From Candidatus Hodarchaeum mangrovi (GTDB lineage: Archaea; Asgardarchaeota; Heimdallarchaeia; Hodarchaeales; Hodarchaeaceae): DNA of 26,179 nt. Each line of letters begins with the position of its first letter. The stretch's first letter is position 1. The notes under the pieces were generated by a model. The model was given only the letters and a program-made list of their open reading frames with translations. It ran no database searches and was not told where the DNA came from. Made by a program: the position numbers and the translations under genes. Positions 18,802 to 26,179 of the stretch are shown here, piece after piece. The stretch covers positions 1 through 26,179 of the forward strand of contig JAEOUE010000225.1 in NCBI GenBank assembly GCA_016839515.1. The letters are read 5' to 3'.

Positions 18802-19713
18802 TTAGCGTTTTCGCTTCCGAATGAAGAGCAGACATATAACAAAACTAAGTGTTACTACTCCGAATTCAATCTTAGTAGGATTTGATGTAGGGATTGTTGT
18901 AGGGATTGCTGTAGACGTTGTGGTCGTGGTCGTTGTGGTCGTGGTAGTCGTGGTCGTTGTGGTTGTCGTAGCTGTCGTCTCGTCGTTCACAGTAAGATTA
19001 TCAAATGAAATATCACCGATAAATGAAACAAAATGAAAATTCTCAGAAGTTTGGATCTGATTATCAGTAACTTGAAATAAGGGTTCTAAGGCATTGTCAA
19101 GATAAATACTAAATTCTCCTTGTGTAGAATTACGAGTAATAGACAGAGTATGGGAACCAATAAGTGGGGAAGAGAATTGGTAATCAGCGAGAGTGGTAAA
19201 TAAACCACTTTTCCAAATTCTTAAAGTTATTGAACGATCTTTAAGTTCCCACCAACCACTTGTATTCGATTTGATGTAAATTATATATGAGCGCATAAGG
19301 CCAGAGATTACGGAAGGGGATTGCCCTGACAAATTCCATTTACCACCACCGAAATTGTTTCCAATGAACATAACCCCACTATAAACTTCGTGATCCTGAT
19401 CTGCCGAGATTTGAAAATCGAAACTCCAGGTTCCATACGCTACTGAGCTATTATGAATAGCTATGGCTAACATAGATTCTTGGACTAAATTATTCCAAGG
19501 CATTTGTAAATGCCCATTTGTTATAATAGGGGGGTAATTATTCTGTAGATATACATCACTAGTGTCATTGTAGCCATTGAGAAACCAGTCATCAAAAGGG
19601 GGGTTCTCAAAGTCCTCATCCCACACAAATAAAGCAGAGCTTCGACTTATGGAGGAAGCAAATAGTAAACTTATCAATAAACAAATAATTGATACAAGCT
19701 TTTTAATATCCAT
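18802..19713 (-). CDS. Secreted surface protein: signal peptide, beta-sandwich (ConA/LamG-like) domain, Thr-rich stalk, C-terminal TM + basic tail
   Basis: MDIKK + hydrophobic + SSA cleavage site; WDEDFE start and FDNLTV end typical of lectin-like sandwiches; T18 linker; IEFG-TM-RKRKR; AGGAGG SD. Confidence 0.82.
   Translation of the reverse strand: MDIKKLVSIICLLISLLFASSISRSSALFVWDEDFENPPFDDWFLNGYNDTSDVYLQNNYPPIITNGHLQMPWNNLVQESMLAIAIHNSSVAYGTWSFDFQISADQDHEVYSGVMFIGNNFGGGKWNLSGQSPSVISGLMRSYIIYIKSNTSGWWELKDRSITLRIWKSGLFTTLADYQFSSPLIGSHTLSITRNSTQGEFSIYLDNALEPLFQVTDNQIQTSENFHFVSFIGDISFDNLTVNDETTATTTTTTTTTTTTTTTTTTSTAIPTTIPTSNPTKIEFGVVTLSFVICLLFIRKRKR
18916..18969 (-). repeat. Poly-threonine coding tract (18 ACN codons)
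   Basis: Mixed ACG/ACC/ACA/ACT codons with a recurring ACC-ACA-ACG-ACC-ACG unit. Confidence 0.9.
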
Positions 19714-20077
19714 AATTATTTCTCCTCCTTGAGTTTTTAGTATTGTATTAAGTCCTTTTCAATTTTAAGTAATGAAGAGATAATAACTTCAATGGTTTTA
19801 TCAGAAGTAAAACCTTAGTTTATAACATACGCTATTAAAATACAATAACATTTATAAATTTTACCATGAATAAATGCAAAATAGAATTCAATATTTTCAA
19901 TGATATTCAATAGAATTCTCCCCCAGATTCGAGTATCTAAGCAATAATTGATATGCCAAGAAGGTATCCTTAAATCACAATAATCCTAGAGGGTGATGAG
20001 TGAAGGTTTGTCTAATGATCAAAAAATTGGCTAAAAAGAACAAAAAATACCGTTCAAATAATTAAGGATGATGGACA

Positions 20078-20191
20078 TTGGAGTTCAAAATTGTTTTGAA
20101 ATTAAAGAAAATATTAAATAATTTCACCAAACCCTGGCATATTACTGGAGGTTGAGCCATTGACCTATATTTGAGAAAAGAAACACAAGAA
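20078..20191 (+). pseudogene. N-terminal remnant of an aminoglycoside-2''-adenylyltransferase-like nucleotidyltransferase
   Basis: TTG 20078: MEFKIVLKLKKILNNFTKPWHITGG*AIDLYLRKETQE. Matches the W.IAGGWAIDLFLG.ETR.H.D signature with TGG changed to TGA at 20153; similarity ends before the catalytic DxD. Confidence 0.72.
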
Positions 20192-20774
20192 TGTATTCCA
20201 TCATTACTGTTACAGTATCAGGATCCTACTAGACTGACTTTGAATAAAATGAAAAGATCAAACAAAAAATTTTGACTGAAAAGTGTTTTCGATCATGAAA
20301 TACAAAGAAAGGATATAGAGGTGAGGTAAGAACAATGATTGAGATGAAAGAGGTAAGAAATAGATCACAAACCCCATCGAAACTGAACAACAGTCAATGA
20401 TTCATATCTCGTATGATAACTCGGCCTAATCTATCATTTATTACTTATGAAATATTTAGTCACTTTTGGAGGGGTGTTCAAAATTATTGTACAGATTTTT
20501 TAAAAGTTGGTACGGGTTGTACCACTGAATATCTATTTAAGGAGGAGTAATCAGTCTATCTGAGAATTTTTTCATGTTATGTAGTGATTAAAATAAGAAT
20601 TTATGATCCTAATTTCAAAATATCAATAATTGGAATTATACTTGGATTATACTAACAATTACTACTCTATCTGTATTATATGTAAGGTATATTCAATGGT
20701 TTGAATCAATGGATACAACTCACGATGATAACTTTGGTCCTTGCAAACCTCCAGATAATTCAAATCAAATTCCA

Positions 20775-20900
20775 GATACGTCCATTAATTTCATTAAAGC
20801 TTCAACATTATTACCTGAATTAGCAGTAACTTTGATGGTAGCAGGAATATTTTATTTGATCCTAGAGGTCACATCTCGGAAGATATTCAATCTTTCTTAA
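20775..20900 (+). pseudogene. Remnant 3' end of a paralog of the ABC permease at 16766-18496
   Basis: DTSINFIKASTLLPELAVTLMVAGIFYLILEVTSRKIFN versus permease DASINLIRSLLLLPDFLGILMVTGIFYLVLEYLSRKMFN: 23 of 39 identical, ungapped (manual alignment). Confidence 0.8.
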
Positions 20901-21297
20901 TATTTTTAGCCACAGGAGGAGGGTTGAAAATTTTAGTTGCTGCAATATTAGGTTCTCTACTCGAAAAATCCAATAGAGTAAGAAATGTATTTAAATTATA
21001 AGATTACTTTAGAAATTCGTTTCAACTTTGCTTATTCATTTTAGTAATGAATCAATAATGAGTATGAGATAAAGAGAGATGAAAGGAAAAATGAGAAAGA
21101 AACTAGTATTAATAGGATTTAGAATCTTATTATATCTCCTTGGAACTCAGAGGGTTCAAGCAAAGACAATTGTAATGAGCTTCAGTTGTCATCATGAATT
21201 ATCGCATTATCCTTAATCATCGATCTCTCTTTTTAATATCTCAATCTTTCTATTGAAAATAGTAGAGACCAATACAGAAAAATATGAGAAAATCCAA

Positions 21298-23040
21298 ATG
21301 AAAAATAAGGTAGTAATCTGTATTCTTGTATTAGGAATGATAAATTGGACACCAATTTTTAATGGTAAGATTATGAGTTCGACAATACATTCTTTTAATC
21401 TTAATATGCAAGATATAAGTTTTAAAACTGCCTCGTTAAATATGCCAATCAATATTACCTCAAATGTCCACTTTGGAATGCAGGGTTATCCAGGATCAGG
21501 AACGGTCGACGATCCATATCGAATTGAAAATTTAAATTTAAAAATAACAAGTAAGGTACTGATAGCCATCTCAAATACTAGTGTTCATTTTATAATTAGT
21601 GGATGTATTTTAAATGGATCATCAACGGTCACCACAGGTATTTCTTTGACAAATGTAAAATTCGGTCAGGTGGAAAATAACACGATTAGTATGAATCAAG
21701 AGGATGGAATTACAGGGATAAATGTCTCTGAATGTTTGATCAGTAATAATAATATTAATTTTAATAGTAGATTTGGAATCTTACTAGTAGATTCGTCTGA
21801 TTGTAATGTGTATTCTAACCAGATACATAATAATCAAATGAATGGTATTCATTTTAAAAATAGTCACAAAATAATAGTTAGCGAAAACGAAATCTATAAT
21901 CACCAATATGGGGATTATTCACCTAGTGGTTTCTTTCTGGAAAACTCCTCAGAGATCCAAATTGAACAAAATTCAATTAATGACAATTATCAGGGAATTA
22001 ATTTCATTAATTCAGCAGATAATAATAATATTACCAATAATTTGATAAATAATAATATTAGGTATGGAATTAGGCTCGAATATGCCTCTAGGAATATCAT
22101 ACATAATAATACAATTAGTGAGAACCACGACTACGGAATAAAGATAACCATAGGTTCATCTAAGAATAGTGTAAGAGTAAATGATATTACAGGAAATAAC
22201 GAAGGAGGAAGGCAAGCAAGAGATGATGGAATAGATAATATGTTCGTAGGAAACTATTGGGCAGATTGGTCCAATATAGATACCAATGAAGATCTTATTG
22301 CTGATGATCCATACCCAATTGATGGTATCACAATGAATTTTGATCCATATCCACTTGTAAATTTATCAAACCAAGCACGAAAAAATCTAGAAAAAAAGCT
22401 AGAAGCACATGACAATTTTCTATTTCCAATTCTAATCTTAGTCATTCTAGGAGGAGGAATTGGAATAGGATATGTGGGCTATAACTCTCGTGTACAGAAG
22501 AAAAATCAAAGAAAGGAGACATCAGATGAGAGAGAAGAACCAATTACAGAGGACCTTACCTCAGATTTATTAAATCGGTTGAAACCTATATATCACAAGC
22601 TTATAGTAGGATTAGAATATATTCAGGCGTATTTTTTCCCTCAACCTGTCACCGTACCGTTATTAACAGTAGCAAAGCCCACCACATTACTAGAATATTT
22701 CCCCATGGATTTCAAAGAAGATTTACAGGGAGGAATGAAATGGCGCACTATCTTAACGTTAATTGAAATAGCCTATCAGGATCCAAGTGACACAAATCCT
22801 AAGAAATTAGCTACTAGCTTAGGACTCCCTCTATCAACAGTATCAGGGGAAATAAAAAAATTAAAAATGTTAAACTATATTGAGGCGTTTGTATCTGCAC
22901 AGGTAATGCGCGATGGACGGTATCGGAATTATACGATAACCCAAAAGGGATACGAACTATTGTACACCCTCAAAGAAACGTTGGGAATGGCCATAACCAG
23001 ATTAAAAGAACAAAATGAGATAAATTTTGCAGTAAAGTAA
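21298..23040 (+). CDS. Single-pass membrane protein: extracellular right-handed parallel beta-helix (NosD/pectin lyase-like) + cytoplasmic winged-helix DNA-binding domain
   Basis: Signal peptide MKNKVVICILVLG (ATG 21298 preferred over TTG 21253); repeated GIxLxxSxxxxIxxNxIxxN coils; GNYW cap; TM FLFPILILVILGGGIGIGYVGY; C-terminal ILTLIEIAY...PKKLATSLGLPLSTVSGEIKKLKMLNYIE...DGRYRNYTITQKGYELL (MarR/ArsR-type wHTH). Confidence 0.88.
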   Translation: MKNKVVICILVLGMINWTPIFNGKIMSSTIHSFNLNMQDISFKTASLNMPINITSNVHFGMQGYPGSGTVDDPYRIENLNLKITSKVLIAISNTSVHFIISGCILNGSSTVTTGISLTNVKFGQVENNTISMNQEDGITGINVSECLISNNNINFNSRFGILLVDSSDCNVYSNQIHNNQMNGIHFKNSHKIIVSENEIYNHQYGDYSPSGFFLENSSEIQIEQNSINDNYQGINFINSADNNNITNNLINNNIRYGIRLEYASRNIIHNNTISENHDYGIKITIGSSKNSVRVNDITGNNEGGRQARDDGIDNMFVGNYWADWSNIDTNEDLIADDPYPIDGITMNFDPYPLVNLSNQARKNLEKKLEAHDNFLFPILILVILGGGIGIGYVGYNSRVQKKNQRKETSDEREEPITEDLTSDLLNRLKPIYHKLIVGLEYIQAYFFPQPVTVPLLTVAKPTTLLEYFPMDFKEDLQGGMKWRTILTLIEIAYQDPSDTNPKKLATSLGLPLSTVSGEIKKLKMLNYIEAFVSAQVMRDGRYRNYTITQKGYELLYTLKETLGMAITRLKEQNEINFAVK

Positions 23041-23092
23041 AAAATATCAGAGTTTGATTCATGAAACCTTTATCTGAAGCATAAAAAAATAG

Positions 23093-23125
23093 TTGTAATT
23101 TTTTAAACTACAATCAGATTATAAA
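23093..23125 (+). promoter_or_regulatory. Inverted repeat immediately upstream of a TATA box
   Basis: TTGTAATTT-TTT-AAACTACAA (23093-23113, 8 of 9 pairs) followed by TTATAAA at 23119-23125, upstream of TTG 23178. Confidence 0.45.
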
Positions 23126-23177
23126 TATGTTTGAAATAGGGAGTTAGGAAAATAGAATAAATAATGGTAGAAATCAA

Positions 23178-25508
23178 TTGAAAAAGAAAGAAGCATGCAA
23201 AATAATCATTATAATAATCCTCAGTCTTTGTATCATCGGGATAAATGAGCAAGAAAGCTTAGATGAAAAGCACCAAGTCCCAAAAGTACAAACAAATGCA
23301 GAAGTACCAGATCTAATTAGGAGAACGATCACTGAAGTAAGTGGAATACAATCTTATATTGAACGAGGACCGATCGAAATTACCACTGATTTTCAGCTAA
23401 ATAGTTCAGGATTTCCAGGTATTGGAACAAATGATGATCCGATTCGAATTGAAGGATATAATATTACAGCCTCAAGTACTAATTTAATCATGATTAGTCA
23501 TACAACATATCATTTCATTATTATCAATTGTTTGCTCAATGGCCAAACATCAGATCTTTGGGGGATTGTTTTCGACAATGTAACTAATTCAAGGGTCGAG
23601 AATAATAGAATAATGAATACTGGGATTGATGGAATTGGTATTTACAACTCAAAACATAATACTATAATCAACAATACAATATTTAATGCTGCTGCTACAG
23701 GTGTACGACTTGAATTATATTCTAATTATAACATAATCACAAATAATACATTATTTGACAATGGAGATGGGATCAAAGTCATAAATTACTCAAACAATAA
23801 TAGTATCATTAATAATTCGATTTTTAATAGTGGTTTGGGAATATGGCTTGGTACTGATGGAAGTCCCCCACCTACTGGATCAGCTAATAATACAATTATT
23901 GAAAATACGATACATGATAATCTATATGCAGGGATTCGCCTAACAGATAACTCAGAGAGCAATAAAGTGCATAATAACACCCTATACAGAAACGACGCAT
24001 ATGGTGGAATCAGCCTAGAAAAATCCAATAATAACACAATAACCAGTAATGTGTTATTTAACAACAATGTAGGTATTAGAAATCAAAATTCCAGTCACAT
24101 TCTCATTGAAGCAAATATAGTTTATAATAATACATGGCATGGAATCTTTTGTAAAAATATTAACTATACACGTGTTTTCAAAAATATAATTTACAATAGC
24201 AATACCAGTGGAATATTTCTAAGAGATGGTCATCATGCAACAATTAAAGAAAATATTTGTTATAAAAATAGTTTGATATTTCAGCCAATTGATGCTGATT
24301 ACCAATCTGGAGGGATTACAATCATAGTAAGTCAGTCAATAATATCCAATAATAGTGTTTTTGAGAACAATGACAACGGAATAATCTTATATTGGGCAAA
24401 TAATAATAATATATCAACTAATATTATAAAAGGTAATAGAAGACATGGTATATCTGTAGGAGAATCCAATGATAACTACTTTGAAGGCAATCAGATATTA
24501 GAGAATGAAAGGACTGGCATATTATTAGGGTATCTCTCAAGCAGGTCCTTCTTTTTCCGAAATTTGATTCTGAATAATAAGGATTGGGGGATTAAAATAT
24601 TCCCAGACTCGCACAAAAATACGTTTAACCAAAATGATTTCTTGAATAATAATATGAATGGAGCACATGTCATTGATAACGGAACAGAAAATGATTTTTT
24701 AGGTAATTATTGGGGTGACTGGTATGGAGAGGTGTATTCAATAAATGGAACAGCAGAAACTCGAGATCATTTTCCACTGTTAAATCCTTTTCATATTTCT
24801 CAACCAGATATTATAGCTCCTATAAGGGAGGAGATTGAACCCGTGTTGAGTGGGAATGTTGTATTTCAGTGGAATGTTTCAAAGGATACATTTGGACATA
24901 GTCTCAAATATTCCATCTTATATACCAGTAATGAAGGTACAACCTGGACTATCCTTATATCGGGATTGACAACCACAAACTATACCCTAGATACAACAAT
25001 TATTGAAGAAAGTATAAGAATCCAGTTCAAAGTTCAGGTTTATGATACCTACGGATTCATAACTAATTCTCTTCCCACTCAAATCTTTCAAATAATGAAT
25101 GAATTAGGACCACCGAAGATTATCTTTCCAAATGGAGGTGAAAATCTGAAAGGAATGGTAAATATTGTTTGGGAAGAGTCATTCGATCCGTTTAACCATT
25201 CAGTAACCTATACTATCTATTACTCCATAAATAATGGAGCACTGTGGACTAAGCTCGCAGATGGCATAACAACAACGAATTATTTGTGGAATACTACAAA
25301 AATGCCTAATGGTTTGAGCTATCTCATTAAAATCGTAGCTACATGTACAGCTGGTATTACTACAGAAGATGTGTCAGATACAGTCTTTACCATTGAAAAT
25401 TATATTTCCACTACAACGAAGACTATCGATGATATACCTGGATTAACAGGCATGGTTCTTCTTGGTGCTCTAATGATGATTGTTAATGTCAGAAAGAAGA
25501 AATATTAG
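23178..25508 (+). CDS. Cell-surface parallel beta-helix (NosD-like) protein with two Ig/FN3-like repeats and a PG(F/L)-type C-terminal sorting/anchor tail
   Basis: Signal peptide; long GIxL/NNxI coil series; GNYW cap; two repeats P.II.P..E.L.G.V...W..S.D.F.HS..Y.I.Y...G..WT.L..G.TTTNY; STTTKT linker; IPGL-TM-RKKKY. Confidence 0.88.
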   Translation: MKKKEACKIIIIIILSLCIIGINEQESLDEKHQVPKVQTNAEVPDLIRRTITEVSGIQSYIERGPIEITTDFQLNSSGFPGIGTNDDPIRIEGYNITASSTNLIMISHTTYHFIIINCLLNGQTSDLWGIVFDNVTNSRVENNRIMNTGIDGIGIYNSKHNTIINNTIFNAAATGVRLELYSNYNIITNNTLFDNGDGIKVINYSNNNSIINNSIFNSGLGIWLGTDGSPPPTGSANNTIIENTIHDNLYAGIRLTDNSESNKVHNNTLYRNDAYGGISLEKSNNNTITSNVLFNNNVGIRNQNSSHILIEANIVYNNTWHGIFCKNINYTRVFKNIIYNSNTSGIFLRDGHHATIKENICYKNSLIFQPIDADYQSGGITIIVSQSIISNNSVFENNDNGIILYWANNNNISTNIIKGNRRHGISVGESNDNYFEGNQILENERTGILLGYLSSRSFFFRNLILNNKDWGIKIFPDSHKNTFNQNDFLNNNMNGAHVIDNGTENDFLGNYWGDWYGEVYSINGTAETRDHFPLLNPFHISQPDIIAPIREEIEPVLSGNVVFQWNVSKDTFGHSLKYSILYTSNEGTTWTILISGLTTTNYTLDTTIIEESIRIQFKVQVYDTYGFITNSLPTQIFQIMNELGPPKIIFPNGGENLKGMVNIVWEESFDPFNHSVTYTIYYSINNGALWTKLADGITTTNYLWNTTKMPNGLSYLIKIVATCTAGITTEDVSDTVFTIENYISTTTKTIDDIPGLTGMVLLGALMMIVNVRKKKY

Positions 25509-25770
25509 CTCATCCTGTAAAGAAGATATTTTATAGATAAATGTTCCACATAGGAGAATGATGATGAGGTCATGGGAATCTACTCTTAAAGCATCTACCA
25601 AAGGTGCAGCAATGATAGCAGTCACATTGCTAATTTTTCAAACCATTTTAACATGGAAAATAGGAAATATCGACTTCACAATCGTAAGAACAATTCTACA
25701 CTATTTTTTGGTTACTCTATTTAGTATGAATTTAATTATTACACTTTTTCATCTTCGTTTTATAAATAAG

Positions 25771-26179
25771 ATGGAGAGAAACCGAAATTCATCATTTGGG
25801 GGATTAATTGGCCTATTCGGCTTATTTATCGCAATTATACCTGGAATCCTTGATCTTCTACCTGAATTGAATATTCATCTAATTTATATGATCTCTGATT
25901 ATCTTTTTGGATGTGGAATAGTTCTTTGTGTATTCGGATTTTTAATAGAGTTGACACGTATCGATGAACCACTTATTTATTGGTTTAAGTTTCACTTTGT
26001 GTTAATAACACGTATGATAATATTTGTGTTAAGTCTTATTCCAGTATTTCTTACTATTTCGTTAAATTTATCGACAAATTCTATCTTCCTAGCGATTATA
26101 CTCTTTTTAGGAGGGTATATAACTGGTTCAGCAGTTTGGATTGGACATCGCTATTTTAAAGGTATAACTTCAACAGAAA
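25771..26179 (+). CDS. Hypothetical membrane protein, 5' part (runs off window)
   Basis: ATG 25771 opens a stop-free frame to the window end: MERNRNSSFGGLIGLFGLFIAIIPGILDLL...; several hydrophobic helices. Not in the ORF track. Confidence 0.7.
   Translation, partial: MERNRNSSFGGLIGLFGLFIAIIPGILDLLPELNIHLIYMISDYLFGCGIVLCVFGFLIELTRIDEPLIYWFKFHFVLITRMIIFVLSLIPVFLTISLNLSTNSIFLAIILFLGGYITGSAVWIGHRYFKGITSTE

Noticed and set aside
18821-19036. ORF with a poly-valine tract
   Set aside because: Antisense shadow of the poly-Thr linker in the minus-strand surface protein.
10786-20155. In-frame TGA at conserved Gly (10786) and Trp (20153) positions suggesting stop-codon recoding or selenocysteine
   Set aside because: The two cases imply different amino acids, both lie in truncated fragments, and intact genes here end in TGA (e.g. 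16753-16755 and the minus-strand stops at 4506 and 8106). Simple nonsense mutations explain them.
20468-20485. GAGGGGTGTTCAAAA resembling an IS/MITE terminal inverted repeat
   Set aside because: No matching inverted partner, target-site duplication or transposase fragment was found.
1784-24673. Short ORF-track entries overlapping real genes (1784, 10497, 11152, 11164, 12360, 15933, 16350, 16560, 21213, 22254, 23786, 24491)
   Set aside because: Antisense or alternate-frame shadows of better-supported CDSs, with no motifs of their own.
21450-24700. AAT-rich periodic sequence that might be a DNA repeat array or CRISPR
   Set aside because: The periodicity reflects Asn-ladder beta-helix coils in coding sequence; there are no identical repeats with spacers.

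Overview
AT-rich archaeal accessory region, most likely from an Asgard archaeon (Heimdallarchaeia/Hodarchaeales-like). This is an inference from a Rab-like small-GTPase homolog, archaeal TATA/SD signals, PG(F/L)-type C-terminal sorting tails and NosD-type beta-helix surface proteins. In order it encodes: the 3' end of a rubrerythrin/ferritin-like gene; a membrane-anchored MBL-fold hydrolase; an amino-acid catabolism trio (D-cysteine desulfhydrase/ACC deaminase family, ornithine cyclodeaminase family, class-V PLP enzyme); several orphan membrane proteins; a TrmB-like wHTH; a Rab-like protein with all nucleotide-binding G-boxes degenerate; a 4Fe-4S dicluster protein with a strong operator-like palindrome; an HTH_34 regulator/ABC exporter operon; and Thr-stalked or beta-helix surface proteins. 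The most striking element is 21298-25508. A signal peptide + extracellular parallel beta-helix + single TM + cytoplasmic winged-helix protein (a candidate receptor-transcription factor) is followed by a paralogous surface-anchored beta-helix protein whose promoter carries an inverted repeat. Intergenic spacers hold many recognisable gene scraps (nucleotidyltransferase module, RDD, ANT(2'')-like, a second ABC-permease tail). No rRNA, tRNA, CRISPR array or intact mobile element was seen. All family calls come from reading motifs and from recall, not from database searches.
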